Origin: the human T2T-CHM13v2.0 reference genome, Homo sapiens
Reading direction: 5' to 3' (one strand)
NCBI RefSeq assembly: GCF_009914755.1
Contig: NC_060945.1
Length of the DNA: 64,000 nucleotides
The position numbers were made by a program, and so were the translations under genes. Shown here piece after piece: positions 27,297-41,645 of the stretch (position 1 is the first letter of the stretch; every line of letters starts with the position of its first letter). The notes beneath the pieces were generated by a model. It saw only the letters and a program-made list of their open reading frames with translations, made no database searches and had not been told where the DNA came from.

Positions 27297-28043
27297 TGGC
27301 TGTACTAATTTATAGTCCCACGAACAGTAAATGAGCATCCTTCTTTATCTACATCCTCAGCAGTATCTCTTATTTTTTCTCTTTGAAAAAAAAATTCTCT
27401 AACTAGGGTTAGAGAATATCTCATTGTTTTGATCTGCATTTTTCTGATGATCAGTCATGTTAAACCTTTTTCATACACCTATTTGCCATTTGCATGTTTC
27501 CTGGTGAGAAATGTCTATTTAATCTTTTGCCCAGTTCTTAATCAGATTTCTTTTCTATTGGACTGTTTAAGCATCTCATATACTCTGGTTACTAATTCCT
27601 TGTCAGACTGACAGTTTGCAAATACATTATTCAACTCCATGGCCTGTATCTTCAGTTTGGTGATGGTCTTGTTTGCTAGACAGAAGCTTTTTAGCTTAAT
27701 GTAATCCCATTTATCTGCTTTTGCTTTTGCCTGGATTTTGAGGTCTTAAAAATAATCTTTGCCCAGACCAATGTCCTGGAGGGCTTCCCAAAAGTATACT
27801 TCTAGTGTCATAGTTTTATATCTTAGATTTAAGTCTTTAAGTCATTTTGATTTGATTTTTGTATATGGTAAGAAACAAGGGGTTAGTTTCATTCTTCTGC
27901 ATATGGTTATCTGGTTTCCTAGCACCATTTATTATAGAGACTGTCCTTTTCCCATTGTGTATTTCTAGCATCCTTGTCAAAAATGAATTGGCTCATTTGC
28001 GTAAATGTTGTAAATGCGTGATTTACATCTGGGTTCTCTATGA

Positions 28044-28369
<326 letters not shown>

Positions 28370-31300
28370 AATGTTTCTGTTTTTATGCCAGGTTCATGTT
28401 GATTTGGTTACTATAGCGTTGTAGTAAATTTGGAAGTCATATAGTGTGATGTCTCCAAGCTTTGTTCATTTTGCTCAGGATTGCTTTGGCTACTGGGTTT
28501 TTTGTGGTTCTATATCAATTTCAGGATTTGCTTTCTATTTATGTGAGAAACATGAGTATTTTGATAGGGAGTGAAATGGATTTATAAATTGTTTTGGGTA
28601 ATATTGTTATGTGAATCAAATTAATTTTTCTAATTAATGAGTATGAAATAGTTTTCCTTTTTTCTGTCCTCTTCAATTTCTTTCATCAATGTTTTACAGT
28701 TTTTCTTGTATACATCTTTTACTTCTTTGGTTACATTGATTCCTAGGTGTTTCATATTCTCTGTAGCTGTTGTAAATGGTAATTTTTTTATTTCTTTTTC
28801 AGATCATTCTCTGTTGGCATATATAAATGCTACTGATTTTTGTATGTTTATTTTCCATCTTGCAACTTTACTGCATTCATTTATCTGTTCTAAGAGTTTT
28901 TTCATGGCATCTTCAGGGTCTTTTTCAAGTATAACATTATGTCATCTGCAAACAATGATAATTCAGCTTCTTCCTTTCCAATTTGGAATACTCTTTAATT
29001 CTCTTGCTTAATTGCTCTTGCTAAGACTTTCAGTACTATGTTGAATAAAAGTGGTGAAAGTAGGCATCCTAGTCTTGCTCCAGATCCCAGAGGAAAGGCT
29101 TTCCATTTTTCTCCCTTGAGTAAGACGCTAGTTGTCGTTTGCCATATATGGCTCTTATTATTCTTAAGTATGCTCATTCTATACCCAGTTTGTGGAGGGA
29201 TTTTATCTTAAAGAGATGTGGAATTTCATAGAATTTTTTTTAGCATTTATTTAAATGATCATATGTTTTTTGTTCTCGCTTACTTATGTAATTATTGATT
29301 TGTATATGTTGAGCCATCCTTGCATCCCTGGAATGAATCCCAGTTGATTATGGTGTAAGATCTTTTTAATGTGTTGTTGAAATTTGTTTGCTAGTATTTC
29401 GTTGAAGATTTTTGCATCTATGTTTATCAGTGATACTGCTCTGTAGTATTCTCTTTTTGTGTGTCCTTGTCTGGTTTGGGTATCAAAATAATGTTGGCCT
29501 GGTAGAAGGAGTTGGGAAATACTCACTCTACTTCAATTTTTTAAAAGAGTTTGAGAAGAATTGGTATAATCTCTTTTTTAAATATTTGGTAGAATTCAAC
29601 AATAAAGCCATAAGGTCTTCCTTTGATGGGAAAATTTTTATTATGACTTCAATCATAATAAAGGTACTCATAATAATATTATTCGCTATTGGTTTGTTGA
29701 GGTTTTCTATTTCTTCATGGTTCAAACTTGTAGGTTGCATGAGCTCAGGAATTTATTCATTTCTTCTAAGTTTTCAATTTACTAATTTATAGATGTTTGT
29801 AATAGTCTCTAATGATTATTTGTATTTCTGTGGTCTCAGTTTTTATGACTCCTTTTTTGGTTTCTGATTTTATTTAGGTCTTCTCTCTTTCTTATTCTGG
29901 CTAAAGGTTTGTTGAATTTGTCTTTTCAAAAAACAACTTTTTTAAATTGATCTTCTGTGTTATTTTTAGTCTAATTTTTATTCATTTCTGCTAAGATTTT
30001 TGTCATTTGTTTTCATTTACTCACTTTGGGTTTTGTTTATTCTTGCTTTTCTAGTTCCTTAAGGTGCATTGTTAGATTGTTTATTTTGTTTCTGATTTCT
30101 GTAGCTGGGCATATATACATTTATAATTGTTATAACTTCCTGATGAGTTGAATCACTCATCATTTTATAATGTCTTTGACTTCAGTAACAAATTTGGCTT
30201 AAAATATATGTGTCTGTATTAGTATATCTAGCTCTATTTTGGCTACTCATGGCATATCCCCTTCCTTCACTTTAATTTCAACGTATTGTGTCTTTGAATA
30301 TAAAGTATCTCTTTTAGAGAGCATGTAGTTAACCTACTTTTATCCATTCTGCCAATCTCTAAATTTTTAATTTTTGTAATATTTTTATTAAATGTAATTA
30401 TGATGATATAATTAAAAATAACCAGGATAAATTCAACAGGATAAAATCAAAACTACTTGGAATGGCATATTGATCAATTAAAATCTATATTTCATACATT
30501 CTGTTTTATTTCCTTTTTATTTTTTTTCCTTGGGTTATAATGCACATAAAATAAAATTTGATCTCTTAATTATTTTACATATATCATTTAGTGGTGTCGA
30601 TTACATTTGCAATGCTATGCAACCATCATCATTATTTGCAAAACTTTTTATCATCCCAGGGAGAAATTCTCAACTCAGATAGAAACTCATTAAGCAAGGT
30701 GAGTGCTCTTGTTAAAAATCGATTTTCCATAGATGTAGAGGTTTATTTCTGAACTCTCAATTTTATTCCATTGGCCTGTATGTTTATCCATGTGCCAGGA
30801 TCATACTGATTTGATTACCTGGCTTTGTAGTAATTGGGTAGTGTGAGTTCTTTCAATTTGTTCTTTTATTTTTCAACGTTTCCCTTCATTTGCTTTCACC
30901 CCAGTCTATGGTAGCCTCTCCTCTATTTTATGTCCCTATAATATATATTTTATATAGGTGGAATCATACAATATTAATACTTTTATGTCTGGCTCATTTC
31001 ACTCAGCATAATGTTTTCAAGGTTAATCCATGTTTTAGCATGCATCAGAACATTTATTTCTATTGCTGAATAATATTTTATTGCAGTTATATAGAATATA
31101 TTGTTTATCCATTCATCTGTGGATAGTTACTTGGGTTGCTTTCACCATTTGACAATTATGAATAATAAATATTGGTATACAAGTACCTGCGTGAGATTTT
31201 GTTTTCCATTCTTTTGGTCATATGCCTAAGAGAGAAGTTGCTGGGTCATATGGGAGTTCTATTATTAACATCTTGGAAAACTGCCAAACTTTTCTACAGC

Positions 31301-31458
31301 ATCTGCCCTATTTTACATTCCCATCATCAATGTCTGAGGGTTACAATATCTCCACATTCTCACCAAGATTTATTATTTTTCTTTTTTTAAAAAATTATAT
31401 AATTATCCTGGTAGATAGAAGTAACAACTCACTGTGGCTTTTATTTGAATTTCCCTAA

Positions 31459-31842
<384 letters not shown>

Positions 31843-33060
31843 TAGGTCTTCCTTGTAGATTCTGATTATTAAACCCCTATTAGATATATAGTTTGCAAAT
31901 ATTTTATCCACTTCTATACGTTATTTCACTTTATAATGTCCTTTGATAAACAATATATTTAAATTTTGATGAATTTCAATTTGTCTAACTTTTCTTTTGT
32001 TGCTCATTATTTTAGTTTTACACAAAAATAGATTAAATGCCAAATTTAAAAATCATGTAGATTTACTCATGTTTTCTTCTAAGCATGCTATAAGTTTAGC
32101 TCTTATATTGGGTCAATGAATCATGTTGAAGTAATTTGTTATATGGCATAAAACGCAGACCCAATTTTATTCTTTTAAATGTAGAAATACAGTTGTCCCA
32201 CACCATTGTTGATAAGACTGTTCTTTTCCCCATAGAATACACCTGGTGCTCTTATTAAAAATCAGTGTTCCATAGATGTACGGGTTTATTTCTGGACTCT
32301 ATTTAATTCTATTGGCTTGTATGTTTATCCATTTGCCAGGGCCATACTGATTTGACCATCTAGCTTTGCAGTAATTGGGAAGTGTGAGTCCTTTCATTTT
32401 GTTATTTTCTTTTTCAGCATTGTTTGGAGTATTCAGATCCCTTTGCAACTCCATATGAGTTTGAGGACTGGCTTTTTCATTTCTGCAAAGGGGCTGTTGG
32501 AATTTTGATAAGAATTGCTTTGAACTTGTAGATCACTTTGGGTAGAATTAGAAACATAACAATACTAAGTCTCCCAATATTTTCATTTATGTAGGTCTTC
32601 TTTAACTTTTTTAGCAATGTTTTGTAGTTTTCAGTGTACAAGTCTTTCACTTCCTTGTTCAAATTTGTTCCTAGGTATTTTATTCTTTGAGATAATATTA
32701 TACATTGGAATGCTTTATTAATTACTTTTTTCTATTTGTATTCATAGGAAATATTGGTCTGTAACTTTCTGTTCTTTGGATTTCTCCATCTGACTTTGGT
32801 ATAAGGATAATGCTTGTCTCATGTAATGACTTAAGAAATGCTCCTTCTTCTATTTTTTGGAAGAATTTAAGATGAATTGGTGTTTATTCTTTTTTACATG
32901 TTTGACAGAATTCACCAGTGAAACATCTGATACTGGGCTTTTGTTGTTGTTGAGGAGGAGTTTTGATTGCCGGTCTATTCTCCGTACTTGTTATAGGTCT
33001 GTTAAGAATTTCTTCTTCTTCTTGAATCACATTAGGTAATTTTTGCGTGGCTAAAAATTT

Positions 33061-33136
33061 GTCCATTTCATCTAGGTTATCTAATTTTGAGGTGTACAGT
33101 CCATTTCACCTAGGCTGTCTAACTTTGGGGTGTTCA
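33061..33136. repeat. 38-bp tandem duplication within L1
   Basis: gtccatttcatctaggttatctaattttgaggtgtaca / gtccatttcacctaggctgtctaactttggggtgttca. Confidence 0.85.
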
Positions 33137-33629
33137 TAGTATTTCTTCACATTTCTTTCTGTCGTTAGAGACAAGTATAATTAATACGTATAAAATATGG
33201 TATTCTCCTATTTCCACAATGATCAAGAACAAATTCTTCAATTTTATGTTTTTATTATGTCCTCTCTCCCGAACTTCACTCCTATCATTTTCCTTTCTTG
33301 GGAATCTTGGTGAAGGAATTTTGCAAACAACATCAAATTTCAGAATCTGATTTTGGAAATTGTTGACAAGATTCTGGCTAGTTTCAGACATCTGAAAGCT
33401 TTGTTGAAAACTAGAAAAGAACTAGAAAATGAATTCACTTCATTCATTGAAGTAAAGAATAAGCATTGAATATGACTTTGTGTGATTTTATGGTTCTTAA
33501 GTTGTGTCCAATTTCAGAAAAGAAAAAATAAGTCTCTTTCCTGATGTACTTCATGCTGCTTTGATGACCACTGCCTTGGTTTATGCATTTTTCTTCATAT
33601 GAATTTCAGCAGTGACCTTTTTATGGATA

Positions 33630-33997
<368 letters not shown>

Positions 33998-34124
33998 TAA
34001 GGACTTACTATTCGACAAGCATTGTTTACATATGTAAACATATATATATAAATTAAAATTCTAAGCAATGTTCACACACATGCATACACACATAAACATA
34101 CACATACACACACATATACACACT

Positions 34125-34350
34125 GAGAACGTACTATCCACCAGGAATGGTCCTAATTGACATACCAAAGATATATAAAAATTAAGTTGATCTTCACAAC
34201 AATCAAATGGGTGGGTACCATTATTATCCTATTATGTGGATGAGTAAAGAAACTGGACTCAGAGAGATAACTTGCTCAAGTTTGCACAGCTATTGAAAGA
34301 GATTTGCCTGATTTCAAACCCAGTTAGGCTTATTCTTCATCTTAGGCACT
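34125..34350 (-). mobile_element. MIR
   Basis: tcttcacaacaatc...attattatcctatt...taacttgctcaagtttgcacagcta. Confidence 0.6.
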
Positions 34351-34447
34351 ACATAGGTAAGTTGTGTGTACAAATATTGGCATTGTTTTAAATTGCAAAT
34401 AATTAGCGAATTGATCTGAAATTAGCCAAACGGTTTGAAAATTAATA

Positions 34448-34669
34448 TAGGATAAGTATCCTTCATCTGAAATGCTAAGGAACGGAAGTGTTTTGGATTT
34501 TAGGGTTTTTTGGATTTTGAAATATTTGCATTATTCTGTTTGAGCATCCCAAATCTGAAATACTTTAAGCATTTTACTCAGCATTTTGTTTGAGCATCAC
34601 TTCAATACTCAAAAGTTTTAAACTGAGCATTCAGAATTACCAATTTTCAAATCTAGGATGTTCAACCTG
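34448..34669. mobile_element. Tigger4a/MER46-type TcMar MITE
   Basis: agtatccttcatctgaaatgct...gaagtgttttggatttt...aggatgttcaacctg; TA flanks. Confidence 0.8.
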
Positions 34670-34910
34670 TATCTCAGTATGATATATTCAAATTTTACAA
34701 TATTTGCTGGCTACAAATACAATACAAAACATTATGTTCAATCCAAAACATTCTGTGTTGAAAAATATTTAATATTCTAGAGAGTATTAAAAATAATGTT
34801 ATAACAATCGGTAAAAGAATTACACTATATGTGAATGCTGAATGAGTCTAAAATACCAATGATAAAACAAAATATTTAAATTGGTTAACTCCCATTAAAA
34901 CTGTGGTTGT

Positions 34911-35245
<335 letters not shown>

Positions 35246-36577
35246 TTATTTTTTCACTTTCCTTTTGGATAGGACACACTAGAAATACTGAGGTTGGTAA
35301 TGAAAAGATAAACTTTTTTACAGCGTTTTTTCTTGGGAAGACAGCTCAGAGTAGGGAACTCTGAGCAACACATATGTAAAACCATAGACTTGATGAAATT
35401 TTCATCATGGTCTTCACCATTTCACCTGTCATCCACCTAATATTGTTCTAGAAGGAATATGTAATGAATGATTGAACTTTCCTTTGCATATTTGTACCCG
35501 CCATTGTTTCTAAGAAATAAAGCCACATTGCAGCACTAACTAATTAAAGAGAATGAATGACAAGGATTTCTAGAAAAGAATGTTGCCAAATCTCTGCATA
35601 TAAGTGAAGTGCCTGCCTAGGTTTCTTTGTGATTCTCTTGGTATACATGAATTCAGAAGGTGGTAAGTCTTTTATTATCTAGTTATATCATAAAAATGAT
35701 AAAATACTTCATAAGATTTAAATGTCTAAATGCACAGAATATGCTTTTAAATTAATTATCCTCACATGACCGTTGGAGGAATATCCAGTAAAATTATCGG
35801 AAACCAAAATTCTTACACAGCAGTTCGAGAAATGAAATAGAAAAGTGTTGTGAAAGAGAGTAGCAAATGGAACATGTGCCAAGTGGGCAAAATGAGGGTC
35901 TAAGTCAACATATTTTACGCCAGAATTTTCTCCTCACCACATTTCTTCTCATTCTGGTCATTGGCAGTCTGTGACAACAATACTTCCTGAAAATGTGTTG
36001 CAGCTGTAGAGTAATTCCATAGCAGATTTATTTTCCTTTGGCACTTTTTGTAATTGGCATTGAGGAAACATACAAGAATTATTCCTTATCTTTTTTATGT
36101 TGGCAAGTTTCATATTGTTTAAACAATTTTTTTAGTTGTGTAAAATATCATTTGGTAGAATATTAGAAGATGTTTGGGCTTTCAAGTTTGTTGATTTGAG
36201 TCAGAGGTATATTGACCAGTTTTAGCACAAGATAGAATTTAATTATCTTGGCTACTTAGGAAAAAATACACACAGAGATGCATACACACAGACAAGCAAA
36301 TATCTTCAATAGTATAATATCTAATGTATATGTTTTCCTTAGAGCCTTAACTGAAACATACATGCTAAATTTTATACAGATATTTTATCTCAATATACAC
36401 AAGTTACATATGTGGATATAATATGAAGTTGAAAATCCTGAAGATAATCATATGTGATGAGTTTACTGTTAAGATCAGAAAATATGAATGTTCTGAACTC
36501 CACAAAAACTTGGCAAATATAATTATAAAAAACGCAAAAATATTCAAAAGTGTATTTACTAAACCCGTATTACTGTT

Positions 36578-37750
36578 GTTTTTATTCTTTTTATTGATAT
36601 ATATCATAGTTGTATATATTTTGGGGCTACATGGGATAGTTTGATACATGTATGTAATATGAAATGATCAAATCAGGGTTACTGGGTAATCTATTTTTTC
36701 CTTGTATTGGGAACACTATAGTTCTTTTCTAGCTATTTTGAAATATACAATAAAATATTAACAATAAATTAGAACTTACTATTTCTGTCCAACTGTGTTA
36801 TTTACCATTAACTAATTCTTTTTCATCCTCCCTACCCCTCTCACACTTTGATAACCACCATTCTATTCTCTACCTCAAGGAAATCCACTTTCTTTGCTCC
36901 CCCATATGAGTGAGAACATGGAATGTTTGTCTTTCTGTGCCTGGGTTATTTCACTTAACATAATGACCTCCAGTTCTGTTTATGTTGCTGCAAATGACAA
37001 GATTTCATTTTTTTATGGCTAAATAGTGGCCAGCAAGACTACAAAAATAGTGCTCACTATTACTATTCATCAGGGAAATGCGAATCAAAACCACAATGAG
37101 ATATCAACTCATCCCAGTTAGAATGGCTATTGTTAAAAAGAAATAAATAGAAAATGTTAGCTAGGTTGCAAAGAAAGGGGAACGTTCATACACTGTTATG
37201 GGAATGTAAAGTAGTACAGCCATATGGAAGACAGTACAGAAATTCCTCAAAAACAAAACAAAACAAGACAAAACAAAACAAGACAAAACAAAACAAAAAA
37301 AGCCTGTAATCCCAGCACTTTGGGAGATGAAGGCTGGCAGATCACTTGAGGTTAGGAATTCAAGACCAGCCTGGTCAACATGATGAAACACTATCTCTAC
37401 TAAAAATACAAAAATTAGCTTGGCGTGGTAGTGCATGCCTGTAATCCCAGCTACTTGGAAAGCTGAGGCAGGAGAATTGCTTGAAACCGGGAGGTGGAGG
37501 TTACAGTGAGCCGAAATCATGCTAATGCTCTCCAGCCTGAGTGACAGAGCAAGACTCTGTCTCAAAAAAAAAAAAAAAAAAAAAGAGCTACGATGTAATC
37601 CATCAATCCCATTACTGGCTATATATCCAAAAAGGGGAAATTAGTATATTAAAGAGATATCTGCACTCCCATGTTCATTGCAGCAATATTCACAATAGTG
37701 AAGCTATGGAATCAACCTAAGTGCCCATCAACAGATAAATGGATAAAGAG
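36578..37750 (-). mobile_element. L1MA 3' end with a 5' inversion (twin priming)
   Basis: 36578-37027 antisense 3' UTR; 37027-37750 sense segment that lies immediately upstream in the L1 consensus. Confidence 0.8.
37302..37584 (+). mobile_element. AluS, first ~20 nt missing, preceded by a (CAAAA/CAAGA)n tract
   Basis: gcctgtaatcccagc...A21 tail, inside L1. Confidence 0.92.
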
Positions 37751-37794
37751 TATCTATATGTATATGAGTACATATATGAAAAAATATATATGCA

Positions 37795-40700
37795 TACTAA
37801 ACTTTGTAAGGAATTAGTATAGTTTTAGGCTTACAGAAAAACTGTGAGGGTGACAAAGTTTTCATGTGCACCACACCGAGTTTTTATTGTTGCAAACATT
37901 ATACATTAGTATGGTAACATTTTTTACAATTAATAAACAAATACAAGTATATTATTTTAACAGCAGTCTACACTTTATTCAGGTTTCCTTGGCTTTCGAT
38001 TTCTGTCCCAGGATCCCATCAAGAATAAAATTACATTTTTCTGTCATGTCTCCTTAGGCTACTGTGGGCCATGACAATTTCTTAGAGGTTTCCTGTTTTT
38101 GATGATTGATATGGTTTGACTGTGTCCCCACCCAAATCGCAACTTGAATTGTATCAGTAGAGTGGAGTGTTGCTGAAAAGATACCCAAAATATGTAAGCG
38201 ACTTTGGAACTGCATAACAGGCAGAGGTTGGAACAGTTTGGAGGGCTCAGAAGAAGACAGGAAAATGTGGGAAAGTTTGGAAAGGCATGATTGGTTCTGA
38301 AATGTGAGGACATGAGATTTCTAGGTGTCGGGGTGGAATGATATGGTTTGGCTGTGTTCCCATCCAAATCACTTGTTGAATGGCTTTGATAAAATGCTGA
38401 TAGTGATATGAACAATAAGGTCCAGGCTGAGGTGGCCTAAGATGGAGATGAAGAACTTGTAGGGAACTGGAGCAAAGGTGATTCTTGTTATGTTTTAGCA
38501 AAGAGACTAGTAGCACTTTGTCCCTGCTCTAGAGATCTGTGGAACATTGAACTTGAGATCATTTAAGATACCTGGCAGAAGAAATTTCTAAGCAGCAAAG
38601 CATTCAAAAGGTGACTTGGGTTGCTGTTAAAAGCATTTTGTTTGGAAAGGGAAACAGCATTAAAGTTCAGAAAGTTTGCAGCCTGATGATGCAGTAGAAA
38701 AGAAAAACCCATTTTTTTTTGTGGAGAAATTCAAGCCAGCTGCAGAAATTTGCGTAAGTAGCAAGGAAGCTAATGTTAATCCCCAAGACCATGGGGAAGA
38801 TGTCTCCAGGCCATGTCAGAGACTCAGAGACCTTCAGGGCAGCCCCTCCCTTCATAAGCCCAGAGGCCCAGGAGGAAAAAGTGTCTTTGTGGGCCAGGCC
38901 CAGGGTCTGCATGCTCTGTGAAGCCTAGGGACTTGGTACCTTGTGTCCCAGCTGCTTCAGACATGGCTCCAAAGGGCCAATGTAGAGCTTGGGCTGTGAC
39001 TTCAGAGGGTGGAAGCCCTAAGCCTTTGCAGTTTGCACGTGGTGTTGAGCCTGTAGGTGCACAGAAGTCAAGAATTGAGGTTTGGGAACCTCCATCTAGA
39101 TTTCAGAAGATGTATGGAAACTCCTGGATGCCCAGGCAAGTTTGCTGCAGGGGTGGGGCCCTCAGGGAGAACCTCTGCTAGGGCACTGTGGAAGGGAAAT
39201 GTGGGGCTGGAGCCCCCACACAGAGTCCCTACTTGGGCACTGCCTAGTGGAGCTGTGAGAAGAGGGCTACCGTCCTCCAGACCCCAGAATGGTATATCCA
39301 CCGACAGCTTGAACCATGCTCCTGGAAAAGCCACAGACACTCAACGCCAGCCCATGAAAGTAGCTGGGAGGGAGGCTGTACCCTGCAAAGCCACAAAGGT
39401 GGAACTGCCCAAGACCATGAGAATCCACCTCTTGCATCAGCAAAACCTGGATGTGAGAACTAGAGTCAAAGGAGATCATTTTGAAGCTTTAAAATTTGAC
39501 TTCCCCACTGGATTTTGGACTTGCATGGGGCCTGTAACCCCTTTGTTTTGGCCAATTTCTCCTATTTAAACAGCTATATTTACCCAATACCTGTACCCCC
39601 ATTGTATCTAGGAAGTAACTAGCTTGATTTTGATTTTACAGGCTCATAGGTGGAAGGGACTTGCCTTGTCTCAGATGAGACTTTGGACTGTGCACTTTTG
39701 AGTTCATGCTGGAATGAGTTAAGACTTTGAAGGACTGTTGGGAAGGCATGGTTGGTTTGAAATGTGAGGACACGAGATTTTGAGGGGTCGGGGTGGAATG
39801 ATATGGTTTGGCTGTGTCCCCATCCAAATCACAACTTGAATTGTATCTCTCAGAATTCCCACATGTTGTGGAGGGGGACTCAGGGGGAGGTAATTGAATC
39901 ATGGGAGAACAGTCGTTTCCATGCTATTCTCATGATAGTGAATAAGTCTCACACTATCCAATGGTTTTATCAGGGGTTTCCCCTTTGCTTGCTCCTCATT
40001 TTCTCTTGCTGCTGCCATGTAAGAAGTGCCTTTTGCCTCCTGCCATGATTCTGAGGCCTCCCTAGCCATGTGGAGTTGTAAGTTCAATTAAACCTCTTTT
40101 TCTTCCTTGGTGTATGTCTTTATCAGCAGTGAGTAAACAGACTAATGCAACGACCTGAGAATTTTGAGGGGGTACTCATCATGTACTTTGCAGAATCAAT
40201 CAGGTTTTCTCTAATGCTTTTCTCATCATAAGACATAGGTTATTGGTTTTTAAAAGGAAGACCACAAGGTAAAGTGCAATTCTCATCACATTATGTTAAA
40301 AGTAGATACTATAAGCATAATCTACCACTGATTTTACTGTGTATGTTTAAACTGTACAACATGTCTTGATATACTTATACATAGTGAAATAATTAGCATA
40401 ATGAAGCAAATTAATGTATCTATCACTTTACATTGTTTTTGCGTGTGAGATAAGAGCACCTAAAATGTATTACTGTTGATGTTAATCTTGATCACGTAGC
40501 TGATAGAGTTTGTCATTTTCCTTGACCATAAACTTACTTTTTTCCCCCTTTCTACACTGTAGTCTTTGGGAGGAAGTCACTGCACAGCCTACATTTAAAG
40601 AATGAGGGCTTATTCTCTACCTCCTTGAGAGCAGAGTGTAATGTAGATACTCATCTATGTTACTTTTACTCTTTATGTAAATTACTTCGAAATTTTCTGC

Positions 40701-41645
40701 ATCAGAGATTTGTCTCTTCTCTCCTATTTGTTTATTCATTTATTTATATTGCAACATATTTGTATGGACTCACAAATATATTTTTTAAGCTGGGGTTTAT
40801 ATTCAGTATTTAACACTATTTTGTTTTTCAAAGTGTTCTAGCTTTTGCCATTGGGAGCTATTTTAGTTGGCTCCTGTGTCTTTTGTGTGTCTTTGACACA
40901 ATTCTATCTTTGTGAGTATTTTTGTTTGTTTGTTTTGGTTTTTTGCACTTGCTTGCCTTCTGCCCCTATAAGGTATTCCAAGCACATCTCCTATATTTCT
41001 TGACTCACTCCTAGAACCAGCCATTTCGCCAAAGATTCATGGTTCCTTTTAACAGAGAATAATATTAGGAACCAAGATCTAAGTGCTAAGTGGGCTTATT
41101 GCTACTTCAGTGTTGATGCTTCCAGACTATCTCAACTGACAGAGAAAAAAAATGTGTGAGTATATTAACCCATGTATATACACATATTTATAAATGTTAT
41201 CTATATTTCTATATCCAGAAATATCTATATTAAGCAAAATGTAAGTTCATACTGGTGTATTGAAGTCTTCTGTAATAACACATGGATAATTCTAGCCGCA
41301 TCTCCTTGGTCACTGCAATCTCTCATTCCAAAAGTAAGAAAACTGCCTGTCAGCCACTGTCAGCCAATCATTTATATACTTGTTCAAATCCATTATGTTT
41401 GTATAGTGGTATGAGGATTGTTAATCCATACCCCTAGGTAAACAGATTTTTCAACTAGAATATAGTGCTTATGTACAGTTTCTTTTGCCTTTACTATTAC
41501 AGACTCATCTCCATTTATTTTCAAAGTTACTTATGTCACCACTGTTATTGTCCACTCCCTTCAGATAAGATTTTTCATACATTCTTAATACAGTTAGATA
41601 TTTTTTGTCTCAGCCTGAATTCCGTCTTGGAGTCTCCTGACCTCT
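37795..41645 (-). mobile_element. L1MD/MC-type long 3' UTR, interrupted by THE1A
   Basis: ccaggatcccatc...gtcatgtctccttaggct...tttttgatga | cctgagaattttgagg; tagtctttgggaggaagtcact; gaaccaagatct. Confidence 0.75.
38107..40149 (+). mobile_element. THE1A MaLR provirus with deleted 5' LTR and an internal templated insert
   Basis: tgatatggtttg starts at 38107 and 39799; internal THE1-int; 3' LTR ends actaatgca; 5-bp TSD atgat/acgac. Confidence 0.92.

Noticed and set aside
33134-33391. 85-aa minus-strand ORF (MSETSQ...) preceded by ctttcag
   Set aside because: No recognisable domain, weak pyrimidine tract, no clear donor, and it ends in L1
39057-39569. 170-aa ORF
   Set aside because: THE1 internal sequence; a common repeat-derived ORF, not a host gene
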